A stretch of DNA of 64,000 nucleotides, taken from positions 64,001-128,000 of the forward strand of contig CAWEHK010000008.1 in NCBI GenBank assembly GCA_963808625.1. The letters are read 5' to 3'. A program made the position numbers and the translations under genes. The stretch is from an uncultured delta proteobacterium (GTDB lineage: Bacteria > Desulfobacterota > Syntrophobacteria > Syntrophobacterales > Syntrophobacteraceae). Positions 23,824 through 34,251 of the stretch are shown piece by piece. Position 1 is the stretch's first letter. Each line of letters starts with the position of its first letter. The notes under the pieces are model-generated. The model was not told the origin of the DNA and did not search any database. It saw nothing but the letters and a program-made list of their open reading frames with translations.

Positions 23824-24835
23824 ATGAAAGAGGCGATGTTTTACAGAAAACTGGACGGCGGCGAGGTCGCATGCTTTCTTTGTGCTCAGTTCTGCCGGAT
23901 AGAACCTGGGAAACGAGGTCAATGCGGAGTGCGTGAAAACCGTGACGGTACCCTCCTGACCCTGGTCTACGGGAGGCTCATCGCCCAGAATGTGGACCCG
24001 ATTGAAAAGAAGCCGTTGTATCACTTCTACCCGGCACCCGAAGCTATTCGATTGCCACAGTAGGGTGCAATTTCCGCTGTCTTTTCTGTCAGAATGCCGA
24101 CATCTCGCAGGCGCCGCGAGAGTACAAGGCTATTTTCGGACACGATATCCGTCCGGAGGACGTGGTCGCTCAGGCTCGAAACACCCATTGTAAAACCATC
24201 TCCTATACCTACACCGAACCCACGGTGTTTATGGAATATGCTCTTGACGTTGCCAGGAAGGCCCACGCGGTGGGCATTCGGAATGTTTTTGTGAGCAACG
24301 GGTACATGACCAGGGAGGCCATGGAGGCCATCGGCCCCTATTTGGATGCGGCCAATGTCGATCTCAAAGCCTACTCCGACCACTTCTATTCCGAACAGTG
24401 CGGGGCCCACCTCAAACCGGTACTCAAGACTCTTGAGGAAATGAAAAAAAGGGACATCTGGCTCGAGGTCACCACCCTCCTCATTCCAGGCCTTAATGAC
24501 CGTCCCGATGAATTGCGACAACTGGCAGTATTCCTGGCCTCGTTAACCCGGAAATTCCGTGGCACATAAGCCGCTTCCATCCCACGTATCGTCTTACCGA
24601 TCGCCCAGCCACCCCCGTGGAAACCTTGCACATGGCCCGTGACATCGGCTACGAGGCCGGCCTGCACTATGTCTATACCGGCAATGTAACGGGCGACGAC
24701 GGGGAAAACACCTATTGTCATCAATGCAAGCGCCTGCTCGTCGAGCGTTTCGGTTTTTCCATCCAGAGGCGGGGGCTTACGGAGGGAAGGTGCACCCAAT
24801 GTGGGACCCCGCTGCGCGGGGTTGCGATCGGCTGA
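23824..24835 (+). CDS. amrS: AmmeMemoRadiSam system radical SAM enzyme, frameshifts near 24033 and 24546
   Basis: DPIEKKPLYHF, GCNFRCLFCQN, YTYTEP, PWHISRFHP, YVYTGNV across three frames. Confidence 0.88.
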
Positions 24836-24840
24836 CGACG

Positions 24841-25494
24841 ATGGAAAGACGCCAGGCACTGCTCCAGGGAGTATTCGAACAGCTCCTTTCCACTCTTGGC
24901 CCACAGTATTGGTGGCCGGCGGACAGTCCTTTTGAAGTAATCGTGGGGGCGATTCTCACGCAAAATACCGCGTGGAAAAACGTGAAGCAGGCTATCGGGA
25001 AGCTCCGCGAGCACAATCTCCTGAACGCTGAAGCCATCTCTTCCATAGCACTCCCGGATTTGGCAACATTGATTCGTTCGTCGGGATATTACAATCAAAA
25101 GGCCCTCAAACTGATGGTCTTTTGCGAGCATATCCGGAATCACTGGCGGGACAATCTCGGTGCTTTTCTTTGCCAGGACATGGAAAAGTTACGCGCGGAA
25201 CTTCTCGGTCTCCACGGCATCGGCCCGGAAACGGCCGACAGCATTATCCTCTATGCCGCCGAGCAACCCTCGTTTGTTGTGGACGCTTACACCTACCGCA
25301 TCTTTCAGCGTCATGGCTGGGTTCCCGAGGCGATAAGCTACGGGGAACTGCGTTCCTTTTTCATGGACGCGGTTGCACCGGATGTGGCGTTCTTCCAGGA
25401 ATACCATGCCCTCCTCGTGCGCACCGGTCATCTCTACTGCAAAAGGAAGCCGGCATGTGAGGCCTGCCCTCTCAACCATTGGCAAGAGACCTGA
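24841..25494 (+). CDS. Endonuclease III-related HhH-GPD protein
   Basis: GAILTQNT.W.NV, GIGPETAD, VVDAY, C-terminal C..KP.C..CPL. Confidence 0.88.
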   Translation: MERRQALLQGVFEQLLSTLGPQYWWPADSPFEVIVGAILTQNTAWKNVKQAIGKLREHNLLNAEAISSIALPDLATLIRSSGYYNQKALKLMVFCEHIRNHWRDNLGAFLCQDMEKLRAELLGLHGIGPETADSIILYAAEQPSFVVDAYTYRIFQRHGWVPEAISYGELRSFFMDAVAPDVAFFQEYHALLVRTGHLYCKRKPACEACPLNHWQET

Positions 25495-25500
25495 GGGACT

Positions 25501-26035
25501 TTGAGAATAGAAGAATCCTCCCTTTATCGGCAGCCGATGAGCAGTTCGCGATGGCGGGAAGTCACGGAAAGATTGAGGACCGGCCTCGCGCTGCTGGACC
25601 AGGAAGCGGTCCAATCATCAGCCGGACAAATTCGCGAGGCTTTGGAGTGGCTGGACCCGATTATGACAAGATACTGTGCGATTACGTGCCCGCATTGTAA
25701 AGACCCATGCTGCCGGGCGCAGGCCATCTTTTTCAACCGGACGGACCTGCTTTTCCTGATCGCCTCAGGGACCAGCCTGCCGCCGGGACAGACCCGCGTC
25801 AGCCCCCTCGCACCATGCCGCTACCTGCAGTCGACGGGCTGCTGCCTGCCGCGCACGCGCCCGGCCCTATGTATGCGTGTGGTATCTTTGCGAAGCTCAG
25901 ATGGACCTGTTTGGGGAGGAGCGTGCTGCGACCCAGAGACTCTTTGTGATGCATCTTGAGAAGATCAGACGAAACCGGCTGCGGCTTGAGTCGCTCTATG
26001 AAAGTCACTGTGCTCCGGGGCTTCGCTCAAGTTGA
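25501..26035 (+). CDS. Cysteine-cluster (YkgJ-like) protein, frameshift near 25860
   Basis: CPHCKDPCC, CRYL...GC, then RPYVCVWYLC in the next frame. Confidence 0.6.
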
Positions 26036-26100
26036 TATCGAGGATGGTGCGGCAGTCTGGTGGGGAACGGTCAAACCCTGACCCGATGAACCAATGGCTT

Positions 26101-26157
26101 GGTGGGGCAGGTTTTCCAGCTGGTCATCGTCATGGCAGGCTGGAAAACCTGCCCTAC
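26101..26157. repeat. REP-like hairpin pair (GGCAGGCTGGAAAACCTGCC family)
   Basis: Inverted pair ending CCTAC; a related copy at 20813-20837. Confidence 0.65.
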
Positions 26158-26240
26158 AGACATGATGGTTTCTCCGACAAACGCGAAAGCCTGTCCGACA
26201 AACAGCCATCAAATTGCGCCACTTAATTTCGAAAAGTCCG

Positions 26241-26391
26241 TAAGTACAGAGCCACCTACATGAGTGTCCGGATTTCCATCGTCACGCCCGCGAAAGCGGG
26301 CATCCAGGCTTTTCTTCTGGATTCCCGCCAAAAACATGTGGGAATGACGTTCTTGGTTCATGGTCACTTTATTCTGTGGTGCTTTACTAAG
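26241..26391. mobile_element. REP-containing MITE-like element
   Basis: Shares AAGTAC..GAGTGTCCG, a REP doublet and ACTTTATTCTGTGGTGCT with 28034-28190. Confidence 0.6.
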
Positions 26392-26732
26392 CAGGCTTGA
26401 AAATCTTCTCCAGGGGCCGCCGTTCAGGGACATAGACGTCCGTTGCTATCGTTCCTTCATTCCATGCCTGCGATACGTAAAGACCACAGTAGCAGCTTCC
26501 ATATTCGTCGACGTCGGGCACCCGATAGGATGCAGGGACAAATGATGTCTTTGTCCCATTCGCGATCGGCGGCGGACAAGCGGCATGGGCAGCTCATGTA
26601 GCCATAACGCTCTTTGTTGATGAGCAGGCCTTCCAGGAGATCGAAGACACTCTTTTTCTCCCGGTTAAAGAAGTAACCCTTTGGTTCCTGGGTTTTCCTA
26701 AGCATCTCATAAAGCTGCTCGACATCGCTCAT
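26387..26732 (-). CDS. Ferredoxin-thioredoxin reductase catalytic-type subunit, frameshift near 26528
   Basis: CPC...CPC...CYC motifs once the frames are joined. Confidence 0.85.
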
Positions 26733-26983
26733 AAGTTGAGCGCCTCCTTGAGCTCGTCCTGTCTGAAACCGACGATCACCTTGTCGCCGATAACAATCGT
26801 GGGGAACGAACAGCGCGGATTGTACTGCTTCACTTCATCGATGATTTTCTGCCGTTCTTCACCATCCAACTTGTCAACTTCAATACATTTATAGTCGATC
26901 CCGCAGGTGTTCAGGAACTCTTTGGTATTCCTGCAGTGAATGCAGGTGCTCAAAGCGTAAAGCGTAATATCACATTGACTCAT
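26729..26983 (-). CDS. Glutaredoxin-like protein
   Basis: LSTCIHC, SFPTIVIG, IVGF. Confidence 0.9.
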   Translation of the reverse strand: MSQCDITLYALSTCIHCRNTKEFLNTCGIDYKCIEVDKLDGEERQKIIDEVKQYNPRCSFPTIVIGDKVIVGFRQDELKEALNL

Positions 26984-27818
26984 GTCCTCTCTCCTCTCGT
27001 CTCTCGAGTTTTGAACGCAACTTGCCCAAGACTTAAAATCAAATACTTTATATCACGAATTCCCAGGCGTGTCAGGGCGAAGTCATAGCGCACCGGATCT
27101 TCGGGCGCGATTGCCCGAAAAGCTCTGGTAACCTCGAGGGCCGTCTGCATGTCCGCCTGTTTGCGCCGGGTCAATCCCACTTCAAGGGCAACGCGATGCA
27201 TATGAGTATCGAGCGGCACGATCAGCTTGCAGGCCTCGACTCCGCGCCATCCTCCGGGGTCGACATCATCAGAGCGCACCATCCACCGGAGAAATAGATT
27301 CAGGCGTTTGCAGGCGCTCCCTTTACCGGGTGAAGGCAATAACATCGTCATTTCCTCCGGAGCATCTGCACGCAGTTCCCGAACCAGGGCGGTCAGAGCG
27401 GGAAGAACCGTAGCGTCTCGCGCTTCACAATGGGCAACGAAACACGCCTCCAACGATCCATAGCGCTCGATGACGCGCTTGATGCCTCCAGAAGGGCAGC
27501 CAACTGGTCGCCTCGGGTGAAGCGATGTCTGAAGTCCATAAGCGTTTTCTGAATGCTTCCCCGGGAATGGGTCAGGACGAATTCCGCCGGAGATCCACCC
27601 ATGCGGCGCAAGACCTCAGACACACTCTTCAGGATCTGACGGACCCGACCATAGGCAAGAGCTGAGGCCACCATGCCGACGACTTCACGATCCAGCGTAC
27701 CCGAGTATTGGTGCACAAATTCCAGAGGGTCCGGGTGGATGAATTCTCGACGATTATAGTCAGCATAGAGCTGTTCCAGTGATTCTCTACAAAACGCTGA
27801 AGAATCAGACCATCTCAT
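26980..27818 (-). CDS. TIGR02757 family (HhH-like) protein, frameshift near 27486
   Basis: DPLEFVH, SACKRLNLFLRWMVR, PLDTH, DPVRYDFAL. Confidence 0.88.
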
Positions 27819-28033
27819 AGGGTCGCATCCAGATCTGAAAATGTGCCACACGGACACTGCAAGTTGGCCGCTGTCCGGGTTGTACTCACCGCAACATGAA
27901 CGCTCATTGCAGGCGGTGCGACGATAAGACATGTAAGTATAATGGCCGCCAATCGACCTGTCATCCCCTTTCGCGTGAAGCAGTTGAACGGTTACATCGT
28001 TATTCCAATAACAGACCGGCTTCCAGAAACACT

Positions 28034-28190
28034 TAGAGCACCAAGTACTGTGCCGCAGAAACGAGTGTCCGCATCCACCCGTCATGCCCCCAAAGACGGG
28101 CATCCAGGCTGTTCTCCTGGATTCGCGCTAAAAGCATGCGGAAATGGCGTCCCGGGATTATGCCGACTTTATTCTGTGGTGCTCTACCAA
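28034..28190. mobile_element. REP-containing MITE-like element
   Basis: TAGAGCACC...GGTGCTCT inverted ends around a REP doublet. Confidence 0.6.
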
Positions 28191-28268
28191 GCAGTAGGGT
28201 ATTACTTGTGCTGTCGGGGGTCCTCGAAATTTGACGAGGTTTCCAGGAGGCTCTCCCAAGGGGTGGTC

Positions 28269-29519
28269 ATGACACCTGAGTTTATGCCGATTTTGTCGGC
28301 TGATGGACGGTTGCTCTTCTGCACCAGGATCGTCCGGCTGTTCGCCTACGGATTCCTGTCGGTGATCCTGGTGTTGTACCTGGTGCAGGTCGGCCTTACC
28401 GAAACGCAGGTCGGGCTGCTGCTGAGCCTGACCCTGGTCGGGGACACGTTGATCTCTCTCTGGCTCACCACCGTGGCCGACCGCGTCGGAAGACGGCGTG
28501 TACTCATTGTGGGGACCATCCTGATGATCTTAGCCGGGGTGCTCTTCGCCCTCACGCGCAACTTCTTCCTGCTCCTCGTTGCTGCCACCATCGGCGTAAT
28601 CAGCCCGAGCGGCTACGAAGTGGGTCCGTTCCTCTCCGTCGAACAGGCAGCACTCTCCCAGATTATTCCCGACGAACTTCGGACCAGGATTTTCGCCTGG
28701 TACAATTTGGTCGGCACCTTCGCCACGGCGTTCGGTTCCATGGTCGGAGGCGCATCGGTCCAGGTTTTGGAAAGTATCAGTCTGACTCCCCTGGGAAGCT
28801 ATCGCGTCGTGGTGGCGAGTTATGCGGTGCTCGGACTGGTGATGACGATCCTCTTCACCCGCCTTTCGCCCGGCGTGGAAGCTTCTCCCATCGGACGCAA
28901 CGCGGGGTCGCACCTGGTCCCCGGGTCCTGGTTCGGGTTGCGGCACTCCCGTGGGATCGTCCTCAAGCTCTCCGCCTTGTTTTCACTGGACGCGTTCGGC
29001 GGCGGGTTTGTCATCCAAAGCATCGTTGCTTACTGGTTTTACCTGCGTTTTCATGTTGAACCGGCGACCCTCGGGGGCATTTTTTTCGGGGCCAACATCC
29101 TTGCCGGCCTGTCCTACCTGGCCGCCGCGCATGTCGCTTCCAGGATTGGGCTCATCAGGACCATGGTGTTTACCCATATTCCCTCGAACATCCTGTTGAT
29201 CCTGGTGCCGCTCATGCCGAACCTGCCGCTGGCAATTGCGGTGCTGCTGGTGCGGTTCAGCATTAGCCAGATGGATATTCCGACGCGGCAATCCTACACG
29301 ATGGCAGTTGTTGCTCCCGAAGAGCGGTCAGCCGCAGCGGGAATAACCGGCGTTGCCCGCACCATCGGGGCCTCCCTGTCACCGCTTTTGGCCACGCCCA
29401 TGCTGGCCAGCGCTTCCCTGCTCAGCGTGCCTTTCTTTCTCGCCGGAGGATTGAAAATTGGCTACGATCTGGCCCTCTACCGGAGCTTTAAGGCCGTCAA
29501 ACCTCCGGAAGAGAGATGA
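28269..29519 (+). CDS. MFS transporter
   Basis: About 12 TM segments; ADRVGRRR motif A. Confidence 0.9.
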   Translation: MTPEFMPILSADGRLLFCTRIVRLFAYGFLSVILVLYLVQVGLTETQVGLLLSLTLVGDTLISLWLTTVADRVGRRRVLIVGTILMILAGVLFALTRNFFLLLVAATIGVISPSGYEVGPFLSVEQAALSQIIPDELRTRIFAWYNLVGTFATAFGSMVGGASVQVLESISLTPLGSYRVVVASYAVLGLVMTILFTRLSPGVEASPIGRNAGSHLVPGSWFGLRHSRGIVLKLSALFSLDAFGGGFVIQSIVAYWFYLRFHVEPATLGGIFFGANILAGLSYLAAAHVASRIGLIRTMVFTHIPSNILLILVPLMPNLPLAIAVLLVRFSISQMDIPTRQSYTMAVVAPEERSAAAGITGVARTIGASLSPLLATPMLASASLLSVPFFLAGGLKIGYDLALYRSFKAVKPPEER

Positions 29520-29707
29520 GGCCCATGAGAACAAGGTTCCACCGCAGAGGCGCAGAGGACGCAGAGAATTCACCCTTGGAATTGACATGGGGCAAAGGAA
29601 ACTAGCATTAAGCAGGGGCAAAATCCGTTGCCGCCGCGCGAGATGATTTTGAGCAGCAAACCGATGTGCGGAGAACACATGTGAAGAGATTTTCCTTGGT
29701 GAAGACC

Positions 29708-30811
29708 ATGACCGACACGATTAGCCATGGATTTTCGTCCTGGTTGTTCCACAACTGGTACGCCCTGCCCTTTTCACCGCCACCATGGCCTCTGTACAAG
29801 GTGCTCCGTCTTGGCGTCACCTTCTACAAAGCGGGTTTGCACCACCACCAGCAGGAGGCGAGGCAGCGCCGGAGGCGACTCCCGGCCTACGTCATCAGTG
29901 TTGGCAATCTGGTTGTTGGAGGCGCCGGGAAGACCCCCCTGACCCTGTGGCTGGCAAACCATCTGCGGAGCCTCGGCAGGAAGCCCGCTGTCCTCAGCAG
30001 GGGATACAAGAGAAAAGGTCTGGCCCCGGCGAGAGTGCCGTCAACCGGGCAAAGCTCCCAGCAAGTGCCGGCGTTCGGGGATGAACCGGTCCTCATGGCG
30101 TGCAAGGCAAAACCGGTCCCCGTTTGGGTCGGTAGAGATCGCTGGCAGTCAGGAAATCAGGCCATTCAAAACGATCACGTGGATACCCTGGTCCTGGATG
30201 ACGGCTTTCAGCACCTGGCGCTGGATCGCAACCTGGATTTGGTCCTGCTTGATGCGCATAACCCCTTCGGGAATGGTGCCCTGCTGCCCCTGGGTCCGCT
30301 GCGGGAACCGCCGGCACACCTTGACCGCGCGGATGCCATTGTGCTCACGCGTGCCGAAGATAGACAACTGACCGAGGCGACGCGATCGAAGATCACCGGG
30401 TTGTTCCCTCGAAAACCGATTTATTCCTGTGTTCATCGTTTCACCGGGCTGAGGGTGGGACTTGGCGGTGAACGCATCCCGCTTGCAGCCCTGCATGCGG
30501 AGAAGGCGGTCGCCTTTGCCGGCATCGCCCGACCCGAGAGCTTTTATCATCTGCTCCGAGAGGCCGGAATTGTCGTTGGTCCAAGCTTTGCTTTCCCTGA
30601 CCATCACCAGTACTGCGGAGCCGACCTGGCGATGGTGCTGAAGGTTGCGGCAGAAAGCAATGCAGCCTTCCTCATTACCACCGAAAAAGACATGGTTCGA
30701 CTCCCGCCTGAGTTCCAAGCATTCACTCTCGCCGCCCTCCTGGAAATCGACTTCCTTTCCGAACACCAGGCCTTTTGCAACTTTCTCACGGAAAGACTTC
30801 CCTCCCACTGA
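29708..30811 (+). CDS. lpxK: Tetraacyldisaccharide 4'-kinase
   Basis: SVGNL.VGG.GKTP, SRGY, GDEP, LDDGFQH, TTEKD. Confidence 0.95.
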   Translation: MTDTISHGFSSWLFHNWYALPFSPPPWPLYKVLRLGVTFYKAGLHHHQQEARQRRRRLPAYVISVGNLVVGGAGKTPLTLWLANHLRSLGRKPAVLSRGYKRKGLAPARVPSTGQSSQQVPAFGDEPVLMACKAKPVPVWVGRDRWQSGNQAIQNDHVDTLVLDDGFQHLALDRNLDLVLLDAHNPFGNGALLPLGPLREPPAHLDRADAIVLTRAEDRQLTEATRSKITGLFPRKPIYSCVHRFTGLRVGLGGERIPLAALHAEKAVAFAGIARPESFYHLLREAGIVVGPSFAFPDHHQYCGADLAMVLKVAAESNAAFLITTEKDMVRLPPEFQAFTLAALLEIDFLSEHQAFCNFLTERLPSH

Positions 30812-30889
30812 TCCTTCTCTTTGACGGACTTAAAGACTCACCGCAGTCACTCATGTCCCTTCGGGACACCCGAAGACACATGAAAAGAA

Positions 30890-31030
30890 ACTCTTCGGAG
30901 CTGAGGCTCAGAGAGCGCAGAGGAAACCAATCAAGTCTCTCTGCACTGCAACTTGCAGTTTGTTGGAATTCTATCACAATATTGCCTTAATTTATTGTTA
31001 TCTCTGCGTTCTCTGCGTCTCTGCGGTGAA
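30890..31030. repeat. GCAGAG/CTCTGC MITE-like element, same family as 2056-2220
   Basis: Similar ends and internal CTCTGCA.TGC...TGGAAT..TATCAC; a half-copy lies at 29540-29570. Confidence 0.6.
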
Positions 31031-31173
31031 AGAAAAGGATTGTGACTCTTATGGGTGTAAAATTGATGTTTGCTTTTTTTCAGGACGGAGATGGTCTTTA
31101 TTGATAAGATATTTGCGAGTGACGAAGCATTAATGGGGCCTGATTCAAAAGCAGGTAATCAACCGAGGGCCAA

Positions 31174-32223
31174 GTGATTCAAATTGACGGCTCGACACAC
31201 TCGGGAAGCGGGACGCTTCTCCGCTACGCTGCGACCTTGGCTACGCTTGTCGGGGAACCGTTGCATGTGTTCCACATTCGCGCCAAGAGGCCGAAGCCCG
31301 GACTCAGACCGCAGCATGTTGAGGCGCTCCGAGCCTGCTGCGCCCTCTCTGGAGGTCGCATGGAAGGTGCCGAAGTGGGGGCGGACAACATCTATTACTA
31401 CCCCGGGAACCAGTTGCATGCCGGGGAATTCAATTGGGACATCGGCACCGCCGGTTCCACGACAATGTTGGCCCTCACGGTAATTCCCCTGGTTCTCTAT
31501 GGTCGCAACCCATGCCTTATGACCATTCAGGGCGGGCTTTTCCAGGACTTCGCACCCAGCGCGCTACACCTTCAGAAAGTGCTCCTGCCGTTAATCCGCA
31601 GGATGGGGGCCGAGATCGACCTGAGAATACTCCGCCCGGGATATGTCCCCAAAGGCCAGGGGCGCCTGTCGCTCGGGGTGAATGCTCTCAAACAGCCGCT
31701 TACACCGCTCACGTTGGTCACGCAGGGGAATCTGAAGGGCCTCCATGCCATTTCCCTGGCGTCCCATCTCGACGAGGAGGAGGTGAGCGCGAGGATGGCC
31801 ACCCGCTGCCGGAGTCTGCTCGAGAAGCATGGGTACCCGGTCCGGATGGAAGTCATCGATGACACGACAGCCATTCAGAAGGGAGCGGCACTGCTCGTGT
31901 GGGCGGAGACCGAGACCGGCTGTCTCCTGGGGGCAGACCGGGCAGGCAAGAGGGGCAGGAGTTCGGAGAGCATTGCCGAGTTCGTGGTGAAAGCTCTCCT
32001 GGAAGATCTGCAGACCAAAGCGACAACCGACCGTTATGTCGCCGATCAACTGATCATCTTTGCAGCATTGGCCGACGGTCAGACGGAATATCTTATGCCC
32101 CGCGTAACCGAACATGTAGAATCGAACCTCTGGCTGATTGAGAAGGTCCTTGGAGCCAGGACGGAATTGCGCGAGAATCGTCTCAAGATTCATGGTGTGG
32201 GGTTGAACCCAGACCGCAATTGA
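31174..32223 (+). CDS. rtcA: RNA 3'-terminal phosphate cyclase
   Basis: IDGS, IRAKRPKPGLRPQH, TAGS, GYVPKG.G, ADQL, catalytic His in TEHVESN. Confidence 0.93.
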   Translation: MIQIDGSTHSGSGTLLRYAATLATLVGEPLHVFHIRAKRPKPGLRPQHVEALRACCALSGGRMEGAEVGADNIYYYPGNQLHAGEFNWDIGTAGSTTMLALTVIPLVLYGRNPCLMTIQGGLFQDFAPSALHLQKVLLPLIRRMGAEIDLRILRPGYVPKGQGRLSLGVNALKQPLTPLTLVTQGNLKGLHAISLASHLDEEEVSARMATRCRSLLEKHGYPVRMEVIDDTTAIQKGAALLVWAETETGCLLGADRAGKRGRSSESIAEFVVKALLEDLQTKATTDRYVADQLIIFAALADGQTEYLMPRVTEHVESNLWLIEKVLGARTELRENRLKIHGVGLNPDRN

Positions 32224-32255
32224 TCCAACGTGTGCAGGAAGAAAAGGTTTGCGTT

Positions 32256-33212
32256 ATGAGCACCTGTATAAAGATCCGCGGTATTTACGCCACAGCCCTG
32301 ACCAAGCTTATGCTGGACTCGGGTTACCATATCGCTGACCCCTCCAACAAGATCCGAGAACTCTTCGGATTGGACGAGACCCCCGTGGACTATGAAATTT
32401 TGATCATTGACCGCGCTGATTTTCAGGGGGTGGACCTCACCGGCCCGCCGGAAAAGATGACCCAGTGCCTTACTTTCCTTCAGGAACGCCTGCTGGATGC
32501 AACCTTGCTCGAATTTGTCGCGGTGGAAGAGGAGATCGGTTTGGTCCGGGCTTCACTCGAATTTCCAGGGTTCTCGAAAGAGCTCCTCGATGAAGTCCGC
32601 CTCACGGTCACGCCCACGCTCCACAGGCATCACCGCTTGCGGAGCATTGCCGGCAAGGCTCTCGAGCAGGCGGAACACGCACTGGCGAAGCATCCGGAGA
32701 AGAGAGAATCTCTGGAAAACGATCTCTTTCGGGACGAAATCCTGCTCCCTCTTGAAAATGCAGGTCTGGTCAGGGTCGAACATATCCGACCGGCAGGCAG
32801 ACCCATGCGCCCCCGTGAGGGTGTCCTGGTCAGTGTGGATGCCCACGGATTTGTCTTCAGGCGGACCTTTTCAAAAGGCCGTTACGATGGACTGGATGTG
32901 CCCATCCAGGAGGGGGATTACGGCCTGACCGAGGTCAGGGAGGGGGCCTGGCATATCAAGCATTCCTATTATACCAAAGAGCATAAACTCATCGGTGAAT
33001 ACTTCAATATCAACACCCCTGTTGAGCTCTACCCATACGGCGCCCGCTATCTGGACCTCGAAGCGGATGTGGTCTGTCGGACGGGCGAGAAACCGTTCCT
33101 CATCGACCGGGAAAAACTCGCCCTGCTGTCTCGCAATGGCTGCATTTCCAGTGATCTGGAAAAGCAGGCCGCCGCGGTCGCCGAGGATCTCCTGCAAACC
33201 TTACGCGCATGA
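32256..33212 (+). CDS. FAU-1-like / DUF402 putative ribonuclease
   Basis: N-terminal KIRGIYATALTKL; G.YDGL; GEYFNINTPVE..Y.DLE.DV. Confidence 0.75.
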   Translation: MSTCIKIRGIYATALTKLMLDSGYHIADPSNKIRELFGLDETPVDYEILIIDRADFQGVDLTGPPEKMTQCLTFLQERLLDATLLEFVAVEEEIGLVRASLEFPGFSKELLDEVRLTVTPTLHRHHRLRSIAGKALEQAEHALAKHPEKRESLENDLFRDEILLPLENAGLVRVEHIRPAGRPMRPREGVLVSVDAHGFVFRRTFSKGRYDGLDVPIQEGDYGLTEVREGAWHIKHSYYTKEHKLIGEYFNINTPVELYPYGARYLDLEADVVCRTGEKPFLIDREKLALLSRNGCISSDLEKQAAAVAEDLLQTLRA

Positions 33213-33340
33213 ATTCATGAGTGGACGGACGGAACAGAGTCATCGCTTGTCCAATGCGGATTTTTCGATTAAGGTGATGCGCGCAATTTTTCCATGATCG
33301 TGTTTGGCGTGTTGTATCGTGCATATCTGAGGAGCGGAGC

Positions 33341-34153
33341 ATGCAATCCAAGAAAGTCTGGGCCATACAATCTTTGCTTTCATGTCTGGTGGTGAATTCC
33401 ATATTCCTCGTCCTGTTCTTCATCATGGCAAAACAGGTCCTGGCGGCGTTTCGCCAGTGGGTGGGCCCGGTCTTAGCGGTTGAAAGTCCAAGTTTGCCGG
33501 CTGATGCCCGTTCGGCATTCACCGGATTGAACCAGCTTATCGGTGAAACCGACCAGTATCTGGCAGTCGTGGTCTTCGGCCTGGGACTGATGATCACCCT
33601 GCTGCTATGGCTGGTTCTTCAGGTCCAGGGCCGTCGCTTGTTGGTTCCCGCCGAACCGGAAATGATTTCGAGCAGCCCTGCCGTTTCTGCGAGCACTGTG
33701 GAACAAGTGACGGCAGCAGCCCCTCCTCAAGAGCCTCCGTCAGAGGTGCGAAAATCACTCCCGACATCCCCGCAGACGGCCGTACAGATGCTTGCTATCC
33801 TCCAGCGGGAAGGCCGATTGGTTGATTTTCTTCAAGAGGACCTCCGTCCCTATAGCGACGATCAGGTTGGGGCAGCGGTCCGGAGCATTCATCAGGGCTG
33901 CCGGGCAGCATTGCTGGAGCACGTTGACCTCAAGCCGATCGTGGAAGACGCTGAGGGTGCCGAGATCACCGTTCCTCCAGCTTTCGATCCCGAAGCGATC
34001 CGGCTGACCGGCAACGTTTCTGGAGATCCGCCTTTTAAAGGGATCCTGCGGCATCACGGATGGAGGGTCATGCGCCTTGACCTTCCCCAGGTGACGGCAC
34101 CCCGGCAGAAGGGCTGGGTCTTGGCTCCGGCCGAAGTGGAAATTCCTGAATAG
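33341..34153 (+). CDS. DUF2760 membrane protein
   Basis: Two TM segments; LQREGRLVDFLQEDL, G.LRHHGW, APAEVE. Confidence 0.88.
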   Translation: MQSKKVWAIQSLLSCLVVNSIFLVLFFIMAKQVLAAFRQWVGPVLAVESPSLPADARSAFTGLNQLIGETDQYLAVVVFGLGLMITLLLWLVLQVQGRRLLVPAEPEMISSSPAVSASTVEQVTAAAPPQEPPSEVRKSLPTSPQTAVQMLAILQREGRLVDFLQEDLRPYSDDQVGAAVRSIHQGCRAALLEHVDLKPIVEDAEGAEITVPPAFDPEAIRLTGNVSGDPPFKGILRHHGWRVMRLDLPQVTAPRQKGWVLAPAEVEIPE

Positions 34154-34251
34154 ACCTGAACGGATGCTATACGGCCATTCATTCTATACCGAAGGTGTTC
34201 GCCTCGACTTAGCGCGAGGCGAGCCATACTATTAAAGCCGGGAGTTCCATT

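Noticed and set aside
21733..24024. 763-aa minus-strand ORF and other long antisense ORFs
   Set aside because: Shadows of ilvD, the methyltransferase and other GC-rich genes; no motifs
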